DNA from: Deltaproteobacteria bacterium | Lineage (GTDB): Bacteria; UBA10199; JACPAL01 | NCBI GenBank assembly: GCA_016180855.1 | Contig: JACPAL010000005.1 | Coordinates: 52,905-116,904, forward strand | Direction: 5' to 3' | Length of the DNA stretch: 64,000 nucleotides | Shown: positions 8,226 to 15,424 of the stretch, piece after piece | Position numbering within the stretch: position 1 is the first letter of the stretch | Layout of the letters: the number at the start of each line of letters is the position of its first letter | Notes under the pieces: model-generated | Databases searched by the model: none | The model's input: only the letters and a program-made list of their open reading frames with translations | What the model was told of the DNA's origin: nothing | Position numbers and translations under genes: made by a program

Positions 8226-9368
8226 ATGGTAGAACGTCCGTTTTGGATAGGCCTTCTTCTGGAGGCCCTCAAGAAGCGCCCGATTGTTTGGCTGGCAGGG
8301 GTCCGGCGGTCGGGGAAAACCTCTCTCTGTCGCATGCTCTCCGGAGTTCGATACTTCGATTGTGAATTACCATCGGTGCGCCGAGAGGTTGAGAGCGAGA
8401 GTTTCTGGGAGGGGCAAAAGAAACAAACAGTCATTCTCGATGAAATCCATCGTCTCTCTCACCCCGCCGAAATTTTAAAAATTGCTGCCGATCATTATCC
8501 TTCGATCCATGTCATCGCGACTGGGTCCTCAACTCTGGCTGCTACAACCAAATTTCGCGACTCCCTGACCGGGCGAAAAACGCGTATCTGGCTGACTCCG
8601 GCAAACAGCCTCGATTCGCAAGTTTTTGGGATTGGGGACTTTAAAAAACGTCTCCTCCTCGGGGGGCTTCCTCCGTTTCTTCTCGCAGATCAGTGGGACG
8701 AATCGGCTTATCAGGAATGGCTGGATTCCTTTTGGTCCCGAGATATTCAGGAATTATTTCGATTGGGCAATCGGTCTTCTTTTCTCAAGTTTTTTGAACT
8801 CCTCATGGCGCAGAGTGGCGGTATTTTTGAGGCTCAGAAATTTGCCAGCCCTTGCGAAGTGAGTCGTCCTACGATTTCAAATTACCTTGCCGTCCTGGAA
8901 ACAACCCTGACGGCCCATGTGATTCGTCCTTATTCCAAACGTCTTGCGACCGAGATAGTAACGGCCCCAAAGGTCTTCGGTTTCGATACCGGTTTCGTCT
9001 CCTTTGCCAAGGGGTGGACAACCCTTCCTAACGACCATGCAGGTCTTCTCTTCGAACATTGGGTTCTGAATGAATTTCACTCTGTCTTGCAAGAAACTTC
9101 CCTCAATTACTGGCGGGATAAGGCGGGGCATGAAATTGATTTTGTCTGGAAGAGGCGTGGCAAACCACCGGTTGCGATTGAATGCAAGTGGCATCAAGAC
9201 CAGTTTGATGATTCTTCATTGAGAAGTTTTCGTCATCGCCACCCTGAAGGGGAGAATATTCTGATAACGGCGAATCAGCCGGGGAAGCGCTTGATCAAAA
9301 AAGGGCCACTCGAAATTATCCACTTAGGTCCCGAATCCGTACGCGATTGGATTCAGTCGAAGTACTAA
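8226..9368 (+). CDS. AAA+ ATPase of the DUF4143 family (ATP-binding protein), paralog 1
   Basis: Walker A (AGVRRSGKTSL) and Walker B (VILDEIH); C-terminal part typical of DUF4143/ArsR-like ATPases; paralogous to 28615-29829. Confidence 0.75.
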   Translation: MVERPFWIGLLLEALKKRPIVWLAGVRRSGKTSLCRMLSGVRYFDCELPSVRREVESESFWEGQKKQTVILDEIHRLSHPAEILKIAADHYPSIHVIATGSSTLAATTKFRDSLTGRKTRIWLTPANSLDSQVFGIGDFKKRLLLGGLPPFLLADQWDESAYQEWLDSFWSRDIQELFRLGNRSSFLKFFELLMAQSGGIFEAQKFASPCEVSRPTISNYLAVLETTLTAHVIRPYSKRLATEIVTAPKVFGFDTGFVSFAKGWTTLPNDHAGLLFEHWVLNEFHSVLQETSLNYWRDKAGHEIDFVWKRRGKPPVAIECKWHQDQFDDSSLRSFRHRHPEGENILITANQPGKRLIKKGPLEIIHLGPESVRDWIQSKY

Positions 9369-9404
9369 GCGTGCCTGATGGAACCGGCGTTGGTCCCCGG
9401 TTAT

Positions 9405-9423
9405 CCGATCGCGAGGAAGGTTT
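9405..9423. repeat. 19-bp direct repeat CCGATCGCGAGGAAGGTTT, copy 2
   Basis: Exact match to 8128-8146. Confidence 0.8.
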
Positions 9424-9459
9424 GACTTTGGAGGCCGGCTTTCCTAAAGGTATGCCTTC

Positions 9460-9873
9460 ATGAAATTAATTCTTACCCCGCTTGAAAAGGCGTTGAAGCA
9501 GCTTGAGAAAGGCCTTTGGTACCTTACCTCCAACGAAAGTCAAAAAGATAGTGAGTTGCGTGAGCAATTCCGGGCTGCGGTGATCCATGCGTTTGAATTT
9601 AGTTTTGAATTGTCCTGGAAACTGCTGAAGCGTTATCTCGAAAACTACAGTCTTGAAAAAGTGGATGGGTTCACGACAAAGCAGCTCTTCCGCGTTGGAT
9701 TTGAACAAGGTCTGATTCGCGATCCGAATGCCTGGTTTGATTATCTGGAGAAGCGGAACCCGACGACCCACACTTACGATGGTGCCGTGGCCGAACGTGT
9801 CTACGAGGGGGCGAAGGGATTCTTGCGGGATGCCCAGGATCTACTTCAAAAACTAAAATCAAAGACCGCGTGA
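9460..9873 (+). CDS. HepT-like toxin / nucleotidyltransferase substrate-binding protein (HI0074 family)
   Basis: About 137-aa all-helical protein with NTase_sub_bind-like blocks; overlaps the partner gene by 4 bp. Confidence 0.65.
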   Translation: MKLILTPLEKALKQLEKGLWYLTSNESQKDSELREQFRAAVIHAFEFSFELSWKLLKRYLENYSLEKVDGFTTKQLFRVGFEQGLIRDPNAWFDYLEKRNPTTHTYDGAVAERVYEGAKGFLRDAQDLLQKLKSKTA

Positions 9874-10190
9874 TCGACCTCCCCCCCCATCATCTTACAA
9901 CAGTCCGTCGGATCCTTGCCGATACGATCCCCGGGTATGAGGTTCGGGTCTTTGGTTCGCGAGTCACCGGCACCGCAAAACCCCACTCCGACCTTGATCT
10001 CGCCGTCGTTGCCGATCACCCGCTTGACCTCAAAACATTGAGTCGCCTCCGTGAGGCGTTTGAGGAGTCGGACCTGCCGATTCGGGTTGATCTGGTAGAA
10101 TGGAACTCGATCAGCGATGAATTTCGCAAGGTGATCGAGGAAAGTTACGAAATCATTTTGGAGGGGGAGAATTCATCCCCAGGACCGTAG
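9870..10190 (+). CDS. MntA-like minimal nucleotidyltransferase antitoxin (HI0073 family)
   Basis: Pol-beta-type NTase motif GSRVTGTAKPHSDLDLAV. Confidence 0.7.
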   Translation: MIDLPPHHLTTVRRILADTIPGYEVRVFGSRVTGTAKPHSDLDLAVVADHPLDLKTLSRLREAFEESDLPIRVDLVEWNSISDEFRKVIEESYEIILEGENSSPGP

Positions 10191-10192
10191 AT

Positions 10193-10217
10193 CTCTACAT
10201 CGTGGCCACCCCGATCG
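10193..10217 (+). other. 25-bp duplicated fragment of the rsmI 5' coding end (encodes LYIVATPI), immediately after the mntA stop
   Basis: CTCTACATCGTGGCCACCCCGATCG here versus CTCTACATCGTTGCCACTCCGATCG at 10495-10519 in rsmI (23/25 identical). Confidence 0.75.
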
Positions 10218-10264
10218 TAAGTTTTGCAGGACGCCACTTGCTTTTATCTGGAACTTTTCTGTTC

Positions 10265-10280
10265 TGGTGTGCTAGAATGG
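10265..10280 (+). promoter_or_regulatory. Possible sigma-70 extended -10 element (TGcTAGAAT) for the rsmI leader
   Basis: gtgtgcTAGAATgg about 200 nt upstream of the rsmI ATG; -35 is weak. Confidence 0.3.
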
Positions 10281-10312
10281 TTCTTGTGTCTATAAAACGT
10301 ATTTATCCGCCT

Positions 10313-10345
10313 CCGCCAGAAAACCCTGCCGTCTTGCGGCGGGGA
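10313..10345 (+). repeat. 33-bp hairpin repeat unit 1 (CCGCCAGAAAACCCTGCCGTCTTGCGGCGGGGA) in the rsmI leader
   Basis: Stem CCCUGCCG/CGGCGGGG with loop UCUUG; repeated at 10400-10432 with compensatory stem changes. Confidence 0.7.
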
Positions 10346-10399
10346 TGAATGGTCCGGGGATTCGAAGCATTGGCAGAGGAGGGTCGGGGCTACGGGGAT

Positions 10400-10432
10400 T
10401 CCGCCAAGAAACCCCGCGGTCTTGCCGCGGGG
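10400..10432 (+). repeat. 33-bp hairpin repeat unit 2 (CCGCCAAGAAACCCCGCGGTCTTGCCGCGGGGA)
   Basis: Perfect 8-bp stem CCCCGCGG/CCGCGGGG, same UCUUG loop. Confidence 0.7.
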
Positions 10433-10483
10433 AGCTTCATTTCAATAAGTTAAAAGTAGAATACTTGCGGAAATTTTTTTAAC

Positions 10484-11161
10484 ATGTCCGGCACCCTCTA
10501 CATCGTTGCCACTCCGATCGGGAATCTCGAGGACATCACACTTCGGGCACTACGGATTTTAAAAGAGGTCGATCTCATTGCCTGCGAAGATACGCGTCAC
10601 ACACGAAAATTGTTGACCCACTATGAGATCACAAAACCGCTCGTGAGTTACTTTGAACACAATAAGATCACTCGGGGAGAACATTTGATACGTCAGCTTA
10701 AGGAAGGGAAGTCGATCGCCCTCGTCTCGGACGCCGGGACACCGGGAATCTCCGATCCCGGGTACAATCTTATTCACTCCGTTCTGGAGGAGGGGATCGA
10801 GGTTGTTCCGATTCCTGGCCCCTCCGCGGCGATTGCGGCGTTGTCGGCCTCCGGACTTCCAACCGATCAATTTCATTTTGTCGGCTTTTTGCCTCTTAAA
10901 GAGGGGAAGAAGAGACGTCTGCTGGAGTCGCTTAAAGGGGAGGGGGCAACTCTTGTGGTGTATGAGTCCCCTTTTCGTGTCCGGAAAACCCTGCAGATCG
11001 CCCTTGAACTGTTTGGCAACATCCCGTCTGTTGCGGCACATGAATTAACGAAAATTCACGAGGGGTTCTTTCGTGGCCCACTAGCCGATCTTCTCCCAAA
11101 GATCGGAAGGGATGTCCCTGAAAAGGGGGAATGGATCCTTCTTTTTGGTCTTCAGCGGTAG
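10484..11161 (+). CDS. rsmI: 16S rRNA (cytidine1402-2'-O)-methyltransferase
   Basis: Tetrapyrrole-methylase-fold RsmI blocks (LYIVATPIGNLEDIT; ACEDTRHTRKLL; SDAGTPGISDPG). Confidence 0.85.
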   Translation: MSGTLYIVATPIGNLEDITLRALRILKEVDLIACEDTRHTRKLLTHYEITKPLVSYFEHNKITRGEHLIRQLKEGKSIALVSDAGTPGISDPGYNLIHSVLEEGIEVVPIPGPSAAIAALSASGLPTDQFHFVGFLPLKEGKKRRLLESLKGEGATLVVYESPFRVRKTLQIALELFGNIPSVAAHELTKIHEGFFRGPLADLLPKIGRDVPEKGEWILLFGLQR

Positions 11162-12609
11162 TCTCTCCAGAAATTCCAAAAATCGTTCCGGGCCGCCTCT
11201 TCATCATTCTCTTCTGAAGAGGCCGATTGACAGTCAGGGCAGAAACTGGCCTCCCCCTCCTCGCTATGGTTTCCACTACAGACCTCGGGTGGGTGGGGCA
11301 TGGGAGAGGGAGGCAAGGTGTATGGTGGGGGATACGAATCATCATCGGACTCAGGCAGTTCGGGCAAATCCGGGCAAAGAGCGGGATGGGATTCTGAATC
11401 GCTCTGGTAATAGGCCGCCTCGGCGGCCTCTTGGTCCAGACTGTTTCCATTTCGGCTGACGCTTACCTCTGAAATCGTTTCGGTCTCCAAGTGGCACAGG
11501 TAACTGATCTCCAATACCCATTGATCGTATGAATTGGAAAGACGGAAGGAACAGTGAACCTCATCGTAGCCCGACATAAACCTGCCGGCGCAGCAGGCAC
11601 AGGGGTCTTCTGAACCGTAGGGGCCATACGGATCTCTAAAGCAGACGACACAGGAACCGGTTCTGCTCGGATTGGGTGAAGGAGGAGGGGGTACCGGTGG
11701 CCGAGAGGAACACTCTTCACATAAGAGGAACTTCCCTGTCACCGGGTCATCATGGAATATATCGTATCCTCCCTCTTCCGTAAGGCAGCTGTAAAACTCG
11801 TGGCCGTGCTCTTCCTCAAAGGAACAGGTCATCATCGTTGCCTCACAGGAAACGACTTCCGTTGCGATATCCCGATGACAGACCTCGCCGGTTGCGGGGT
11901 CATACCAGACATCCGGATTCATGCGTGGATAGTCGACAAGAGGGTGATCAAAACAGTCCTCCTCGCAGGCACGTGTACAGGGACCGGTGGGGCATGGGAG
12001 AGAGGGATCTGTACAGACAGGGCAAATATACTCGTCTTCTCCCCCTTCGCAGATAGTATTACCGCAGGTTGGTACTGTCTCAAAACAGTCCTCCTCGCAG
12101 GCGAGTATACAGGGACCCATGGGGCATGGGAGAGAGGGATCTGCACAGACAGGGCAAATATACTCGTCCTCTCCCTCTTCGCAGAGCCCATTGCCGCAGA
12201 TTGTTAACGACGGTGTCGGTAGACAATTTGGATCGCTCCGATAAAGACCTGTATCGGGATCGAGTCTAAACATGACGATTATTTGATCTCCCCCCTCCAC
12301 TTTTTGGCAGGTATAGGTGTTTGTTAACACATCGAGGAGACAGGTCATGTCGGTTGTTTCGCAGTCGGTTGCCCCCGTCACTGAATCGTGGTGGCAGATC
12401 TGATTGGTTGTGGGATCGTACCACATTTCTGCATCAGGACAGGATGATAGTGAATCATTACCGGTCGGTTCTCCCTCGTCAAATCCAATAGAGACTGTCC
12501 CGCTGTTGTCGGGAATTTCATCTGTCTCTGTAGAGGTCGACTCCGGGGGGACTACGAGACAGGAGAGGTTCAAGATCAGGATCAGGGGAAGGAATAATTT
12601 CAATATCAC
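11152..12609 (-). CDS. Secreted cysteine-rich repeat protein (Myxococcus-type Cys-rich repeats), proline- and acid-rich C-terminus; GTG start
   Basis: N-terminal hydrophobic signal; repeated units ICGNGLCEEGEDEYICPVC(A/T)DPSLPCP(M/T)GPC and (M/V)WYDP(T/A)T(N/G)(Q/E)(I/V)CH(H/R)D; 132-bp tandem DNA repeat inside. Confidence 0.65.
   Translation of the reverse strand: MILKLFLPLILILNLSCLVVPPESTSTETDEIPDNSGTVSIGFDEGEPTGNDSLSSCPDAEMWYDPTTNQICHHDSVTGATDCETTDMTCLLDVLTNTYTCQKVEGGDQIIVMFRLDPDTGLYRSDPNCLPTPSLTICGNGLCEEGEDEYICPVCADPSLPCPMGPCILACEEDCFETVPTCGNTICEGGEDEYICPVCTDPSLPCPTGPCTRACEEDCFDHPLVDYPRMNPDVWYDPATGEVCHRDIATEVVSCEATMMTCSFEEEHGHEFYSCLTEEGGYDIFHDDPVTGKFLLCEECSSRPPVPPPPSPNPSRTGSCVVCFRDPYGPYGSEDPCACCAGRFMSGYDEVHCSFRLSNSYDQWVLEISYLCHLETETISEVSVSRNGNSLDQEAAEAAYYQSDSESHPALCPDLPELPESDDDSYPPPYTLPPSPMPHPPEVCSGNHSEEGEASFCPDCQSASSEENDEEAARNDFWNFWRDYR
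11953..12216. repeat. Two tandem copies of a 132-bp (44-codon) repeat inside the Cys-rich protein gene
   Basis: Units starting about 11953 and about 12085 are roughly 85-90% identical at the DNA level (acagtcctcctcgcaggc...gggcaaatatactcgtc...). Confidence 0.8.
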
Positions 12610-12621
12610 GGCGGTTATCCC

Positions 12622-12637
12622 TGCAAGCGGTATGCCG
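12622..12637 (-). promoter_or_regulatory. Candidate sigma-54 -24/-12 promoter (cGGCATaccgcTTGCA on the minus strand) ahead of the Cys-rich repeat gene
   Basis: GG/GC spacing is correct, but the leader would be only a few nt long (near-leaderless). Confidence 0.3.
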
Positions 12638-12742
12638 CACAGAAATTTAGGGAAATCGGTTTATTTTCGATAAAAACTGACCTCATAATAAGAAAACCCG
12701 GAAAAGAGATTCCATTCAATTTGGAATGAGGAACGTTTATTC

Positions 12743-13783
12743 TTACAGCCCCAGATCTCGCATCTTGTTGTAGAGGGTCCGCGAGGTAATCCCCAGCAAT
12801 TCAGCCGCCTTTCCATGATGCCCACCGGTCTTCTTCAAGGCATCGATAATCATCTGCCTTTCGGTCTCTTGTGCCTTTTTGCGGACGGCATCCGGCAGAC
12901 TGACCTCGCCCAGTATCGGTACATGAATCTCAGGATCGATTTTTTTGGGTCCGACTTGAGCCTTCTGAACCTCCACCGGGAGGTCATTCACCTCGATCTG
13001 GTTTTTGGCAACCACCATTGCCCGTTTAATGACATTGCGGAGTTCCCTCACATTTCCAGGGTAATGGTAGGCCTGAAGTTTCTGCATTGCCGTTGGAGAA
13101 ATTTCGACCACCTTATGCTGGATCGCATCCTGAAACTTCACGAGAAAGCGGTTTGAGAGCATCGGAATATCTTCTCTCCTCTCCCGAAGGGGGGGGATGG
13201 AGATCGGGAATTCATTCAAGCGGTAAAAAAGATCCATTCGGAATTTCTTCTCCTTGGCCAGCTCCTCCAGATCGGTATTCGTGGCGGCGATAATTCGGAT
13301 GTCAGTCCGGATCGACTTGCGCCCTCCGATCCGTTCAAACTCCCGCGATTCCAGAAAACGGAGGAGTTTGGCCTGAACCGACGTCGGGATGTTGGAGACC
13401 TCATCGAGAAAGAGTGTCCCTCCGTTGGCCGTCTCCAGTTTTCCCTGAAGTGTGGCATCTGCGCCTGTAAAGGAGCCCTTTTCATGTCCGAACAGTTCAC
13501 CTTCAATGAGCGTTTCCGGAATCGCGGCGCAGTCAATCGCAACGAAAGGCCCCTTGGAGCGCGTCGAGAGCTGGTGGATAACCCGGGCGGTTAACTCTTT
13601 TCCGGTCCCGGATTCCCCTGTCAGGAGGACGTTGACATCCGCCTTCGCAACCGAACGAACCAGGCCATGAAGGACCGCCTTTTGAACATTTTCAGATGAG
13701 AGCATGAACGCCTCGAGGTCCGACATCTCGGCCACCTCAAGCTTTAGCTCCTCAACCTCTTTTTGATAATCGGCATCGAGCAT
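12743..13783 (-). CDS. Sigma-54-dependent transcriptional activator (enhancer-binding protein) with no N-terminal sensory/receiver domain; AAA+ sigma-54 interaction domain plus Fis-type HTH
   Basis: Walker A GESGTGKE, GAFTGA-type loop (GHEKGSFTGA), C-terminal HTH (AAELLGITSRTLYNKMRDLGL); only about 50 aa precede the AAA+ domain. Confidence 0.85.
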   Translation of the reverse strand: MLDADYQKEVEELKLEVAEMSDLEAFMLSSENVQKAVLHGLVRSVAKADVNVLLTGESGTGKELTARVIHQLSTRSKGPFVAIDCAAIPETLIEGELFGHEKGSFTGADATLQGKLETANGGTLFLDEVSNIPTSVQAKLLRFLESREFERIGGRKSIRTDIRIIAATNTDLEELAKEKKFRMDLFYRLNEFPISIPPLRERREDIPMLSNRFLVKFQDAIQHKVVEISPTAMQKLQAYHYPGNVRELRNVIKRAMVVAKNQIEVNDLPVEVQKAQVGPKKIDPEIHVPILGEVSLPDAVRKKAQETERQMIIDALKKTGGHHGKAAELLGITSRTLYNKMRDLGL

Positions 13784-13877
13784 TTGGACGATCCCCCAAT
13801 TTCCGGAAAACTTTTACCACCTATTGTTTAAATATGGAAGGAGTTTTCCGAATTGGTTTTTTTAAGGTGGTGTTTAA

Positions 13878-13975
13878 GTACTTCGACTCGTAATTACCAT
13901 GACGTATCTGAAAAGCCAAAAAAATCAATCAAATTACTCGCTCAGCACTAGTCCTGAGTGAATAAATTCGTCACC
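13878..13975. repeat. 98-bp repeat element, copy A (inverted copy at 29940-30037)
   Basis: 97/98 identity to the reverse complement of 29940-30037; contains CTCAG-cactagtc-CTGAG hairpin. Confidence 0.9.
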
Positions 13976-14089
13976 TAAGATAATAGAGGGGGTCAAAAAA
14001 GCGACAGCTAAGGGGTTGATTTGCACCTGATTTTTGAACTTTCTGTTTTAAAACAAGTTTGTTATTAGCGGGTTAAGAAATTGGGTCTT

Positions 14090-14105
14090 TGGCACGTCGA
14101 TTGCT
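14090..14105 (+). promoter_or_regulatory. Sigma-54 promoter (TGGCAC-gtcga-TTGCT) upstream of the 14156 secreted-protein gene
   Basis: Consensus -24 GG / -12 GC elements with canonical spacing about 50 bp upstream of the ATG. Confidence 0.6.
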
Positions 14106-14155
14106 TCATTTGGGAAGTGGGGGTGGGGTTTTATGCTTAACGGGGAAGGGATGGT

Positions 14156-15424
14156 ATGAGAGGGTCATTTAAAAAACTTCTTAAACTGACCACGGTATTT
14201 GCTGTTGCCCTTCTTTTTGTCGGGGAGGGCGCCTGCCCGACCCCGGATGGTGGTGACACGACGGGGACGAGCACCGGTACGACAACCAGCAGTAGTGGGA
14301 CCGCTGCACCTTCTCGGGGTAGCTCCAGCAGCAGTTCAACCGATTCGATTGATGATATTGATGAATCTTCCGATGATGCGTCGGAGGAAGAGCAGCCTGG
14401 TGTTGTTCCTCCAACCGCCGGGCCGGTGGAGATACCTGGTCCGTCTGCCTTCCGCTTTCCAACGAGGGTAACAATCGATATCTCCTCGTTGACGGGGGAG
14501 GCCAACCGTTCACAATCTTTGGTGGTTCAAAACCGGTCTAAGAGTGTCTGTACCGGCGGTGTCTGTAGTCTCATCACGATGGGGACTGATCTCGTCGATC
14601 TTTTACAGGAGATTGGGGACAAGGTCTTTTCGTCCGACGGGATGTTTAGCTGTATTGCGGTTGAGAGCTCCGCCACACAAACCTCTTATGACGGCAAGGT
14701 TTGTTCAGCTGACGATACCTACGGAGGTTGGGATCTTCATATTGATTTTGGAACCTTCTCTTCTTCGCGCACCGAGACCTCCCAATGCTCCGGTAGCACC
14801 GTTTCTCTGCCGATCTGTTTCCGTGTCTGGATCCGATCGGATAGTTCCTCTTCATGGCAACGATTTATGGCAGGATTTTTGAACACGGCCCCCGGTGATA
14901 CAACGGGTGAAGGGGCGGGTGCCTTCTGGCTCCACCCGAGTGATTTCTTTCCCAGTGATTCATTGCCGGGCATCGACATGCAGTTTAAATGGAATCATGA
15001 GGACTTAACTGACAGGGGGACGGAGATTGCTTATGGCTACCATGTTGGACAATCGGATGGTGAGAAGGGGAGGGTCCTTGTGGCGGATGAAGAGCTCTCT
15101 TCACTCTGCTTCTCGAAACTCGTGAAGGTTCGGAAATACCGGGAGAGTTTCCTGTTTGGAGGGGCCTCTGACCTGAAGACAGTTGGATTGTGGGATGAGT
15201 GCCAGCCGTACTGGAGCGGTCAGCTCGTACACGACAACATCGGCGGACCGATCGATTGGCAGGACCGGAGTATCTGTGCCTACCGGCTGACCGGGGAGAG
15301 GATCAATTATGGTATTTGTACTAATGCGGGGATTAACTCAGCCTCCGAGAATTTTATTGATCTGCCGGAGACGGCGGAATTTACTTATCCCTCAACAACT
15401 GTTTTCCCTTTAAGTCCTCCGTAA
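14156..15424 (+). CDS. Secreted/lipoprotein-like hypothetical protein with a Ser/Thr/Gly-rich linker
   Basis: Signal peptide then Cys (VGEGAC), low-complexity TTGTSTGTTTSSSG...SSSSSS linker, about 300-aa C-terminal domain; no recognisable family. Confidence 0.6.
   Translation: MRGSFKKLLKLTTVFAVALLFVGEGACPTPDGGDTTGTSTGTTTSSSGTAAPSRGSSSSSSTDSIDDIDESSDDASEEEQPGVVPPTAGPVEIPGPSAFRFPTRVTIDISSLTGEANRSQSLVVQNRSKSVCTGGVCSLITMGTDLVDLLQEIGDKVFSSDGMFSCIAVESSATQTSYDGKVCSADDTYGGWDLHIDFGTFSSSRTETSQCSGSTVSLPICFRVWIRSDSSSSWQRFMAGFLNTAPGDTTGEGAGAFWLHPSDFFPSDSLPGIDMQFKWNHEDLTDRGTEIAYGYHVGQSDGEKGRVLVADEELSSLCFSKLVKVRKYRESFLFGGASDLKTVGLWDECQPYWSGQLVHDNIGGPIDWQDRSICAYRLTGERINYGICTNAGINSASENFIDLPETAEFTYPSTTVFPLSPP

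Noticed and set aside
8211-8228. TAGATT as the -10 element for DUF4143 paralog 1
   Set aside because: It lies only 3 nt before the ATG, so the predicted transcription start would fall inside the start codon. No consistent -35 was found.
10313-10432. Two 33-bp palindromic repeats considered as a mini CRISPR array
   Set aside because: There are only two units and the 54-bp spacer is unusually long. There are no cas genes or leader. Compensatory stem changes fit a structured RNA or REP-like element better.
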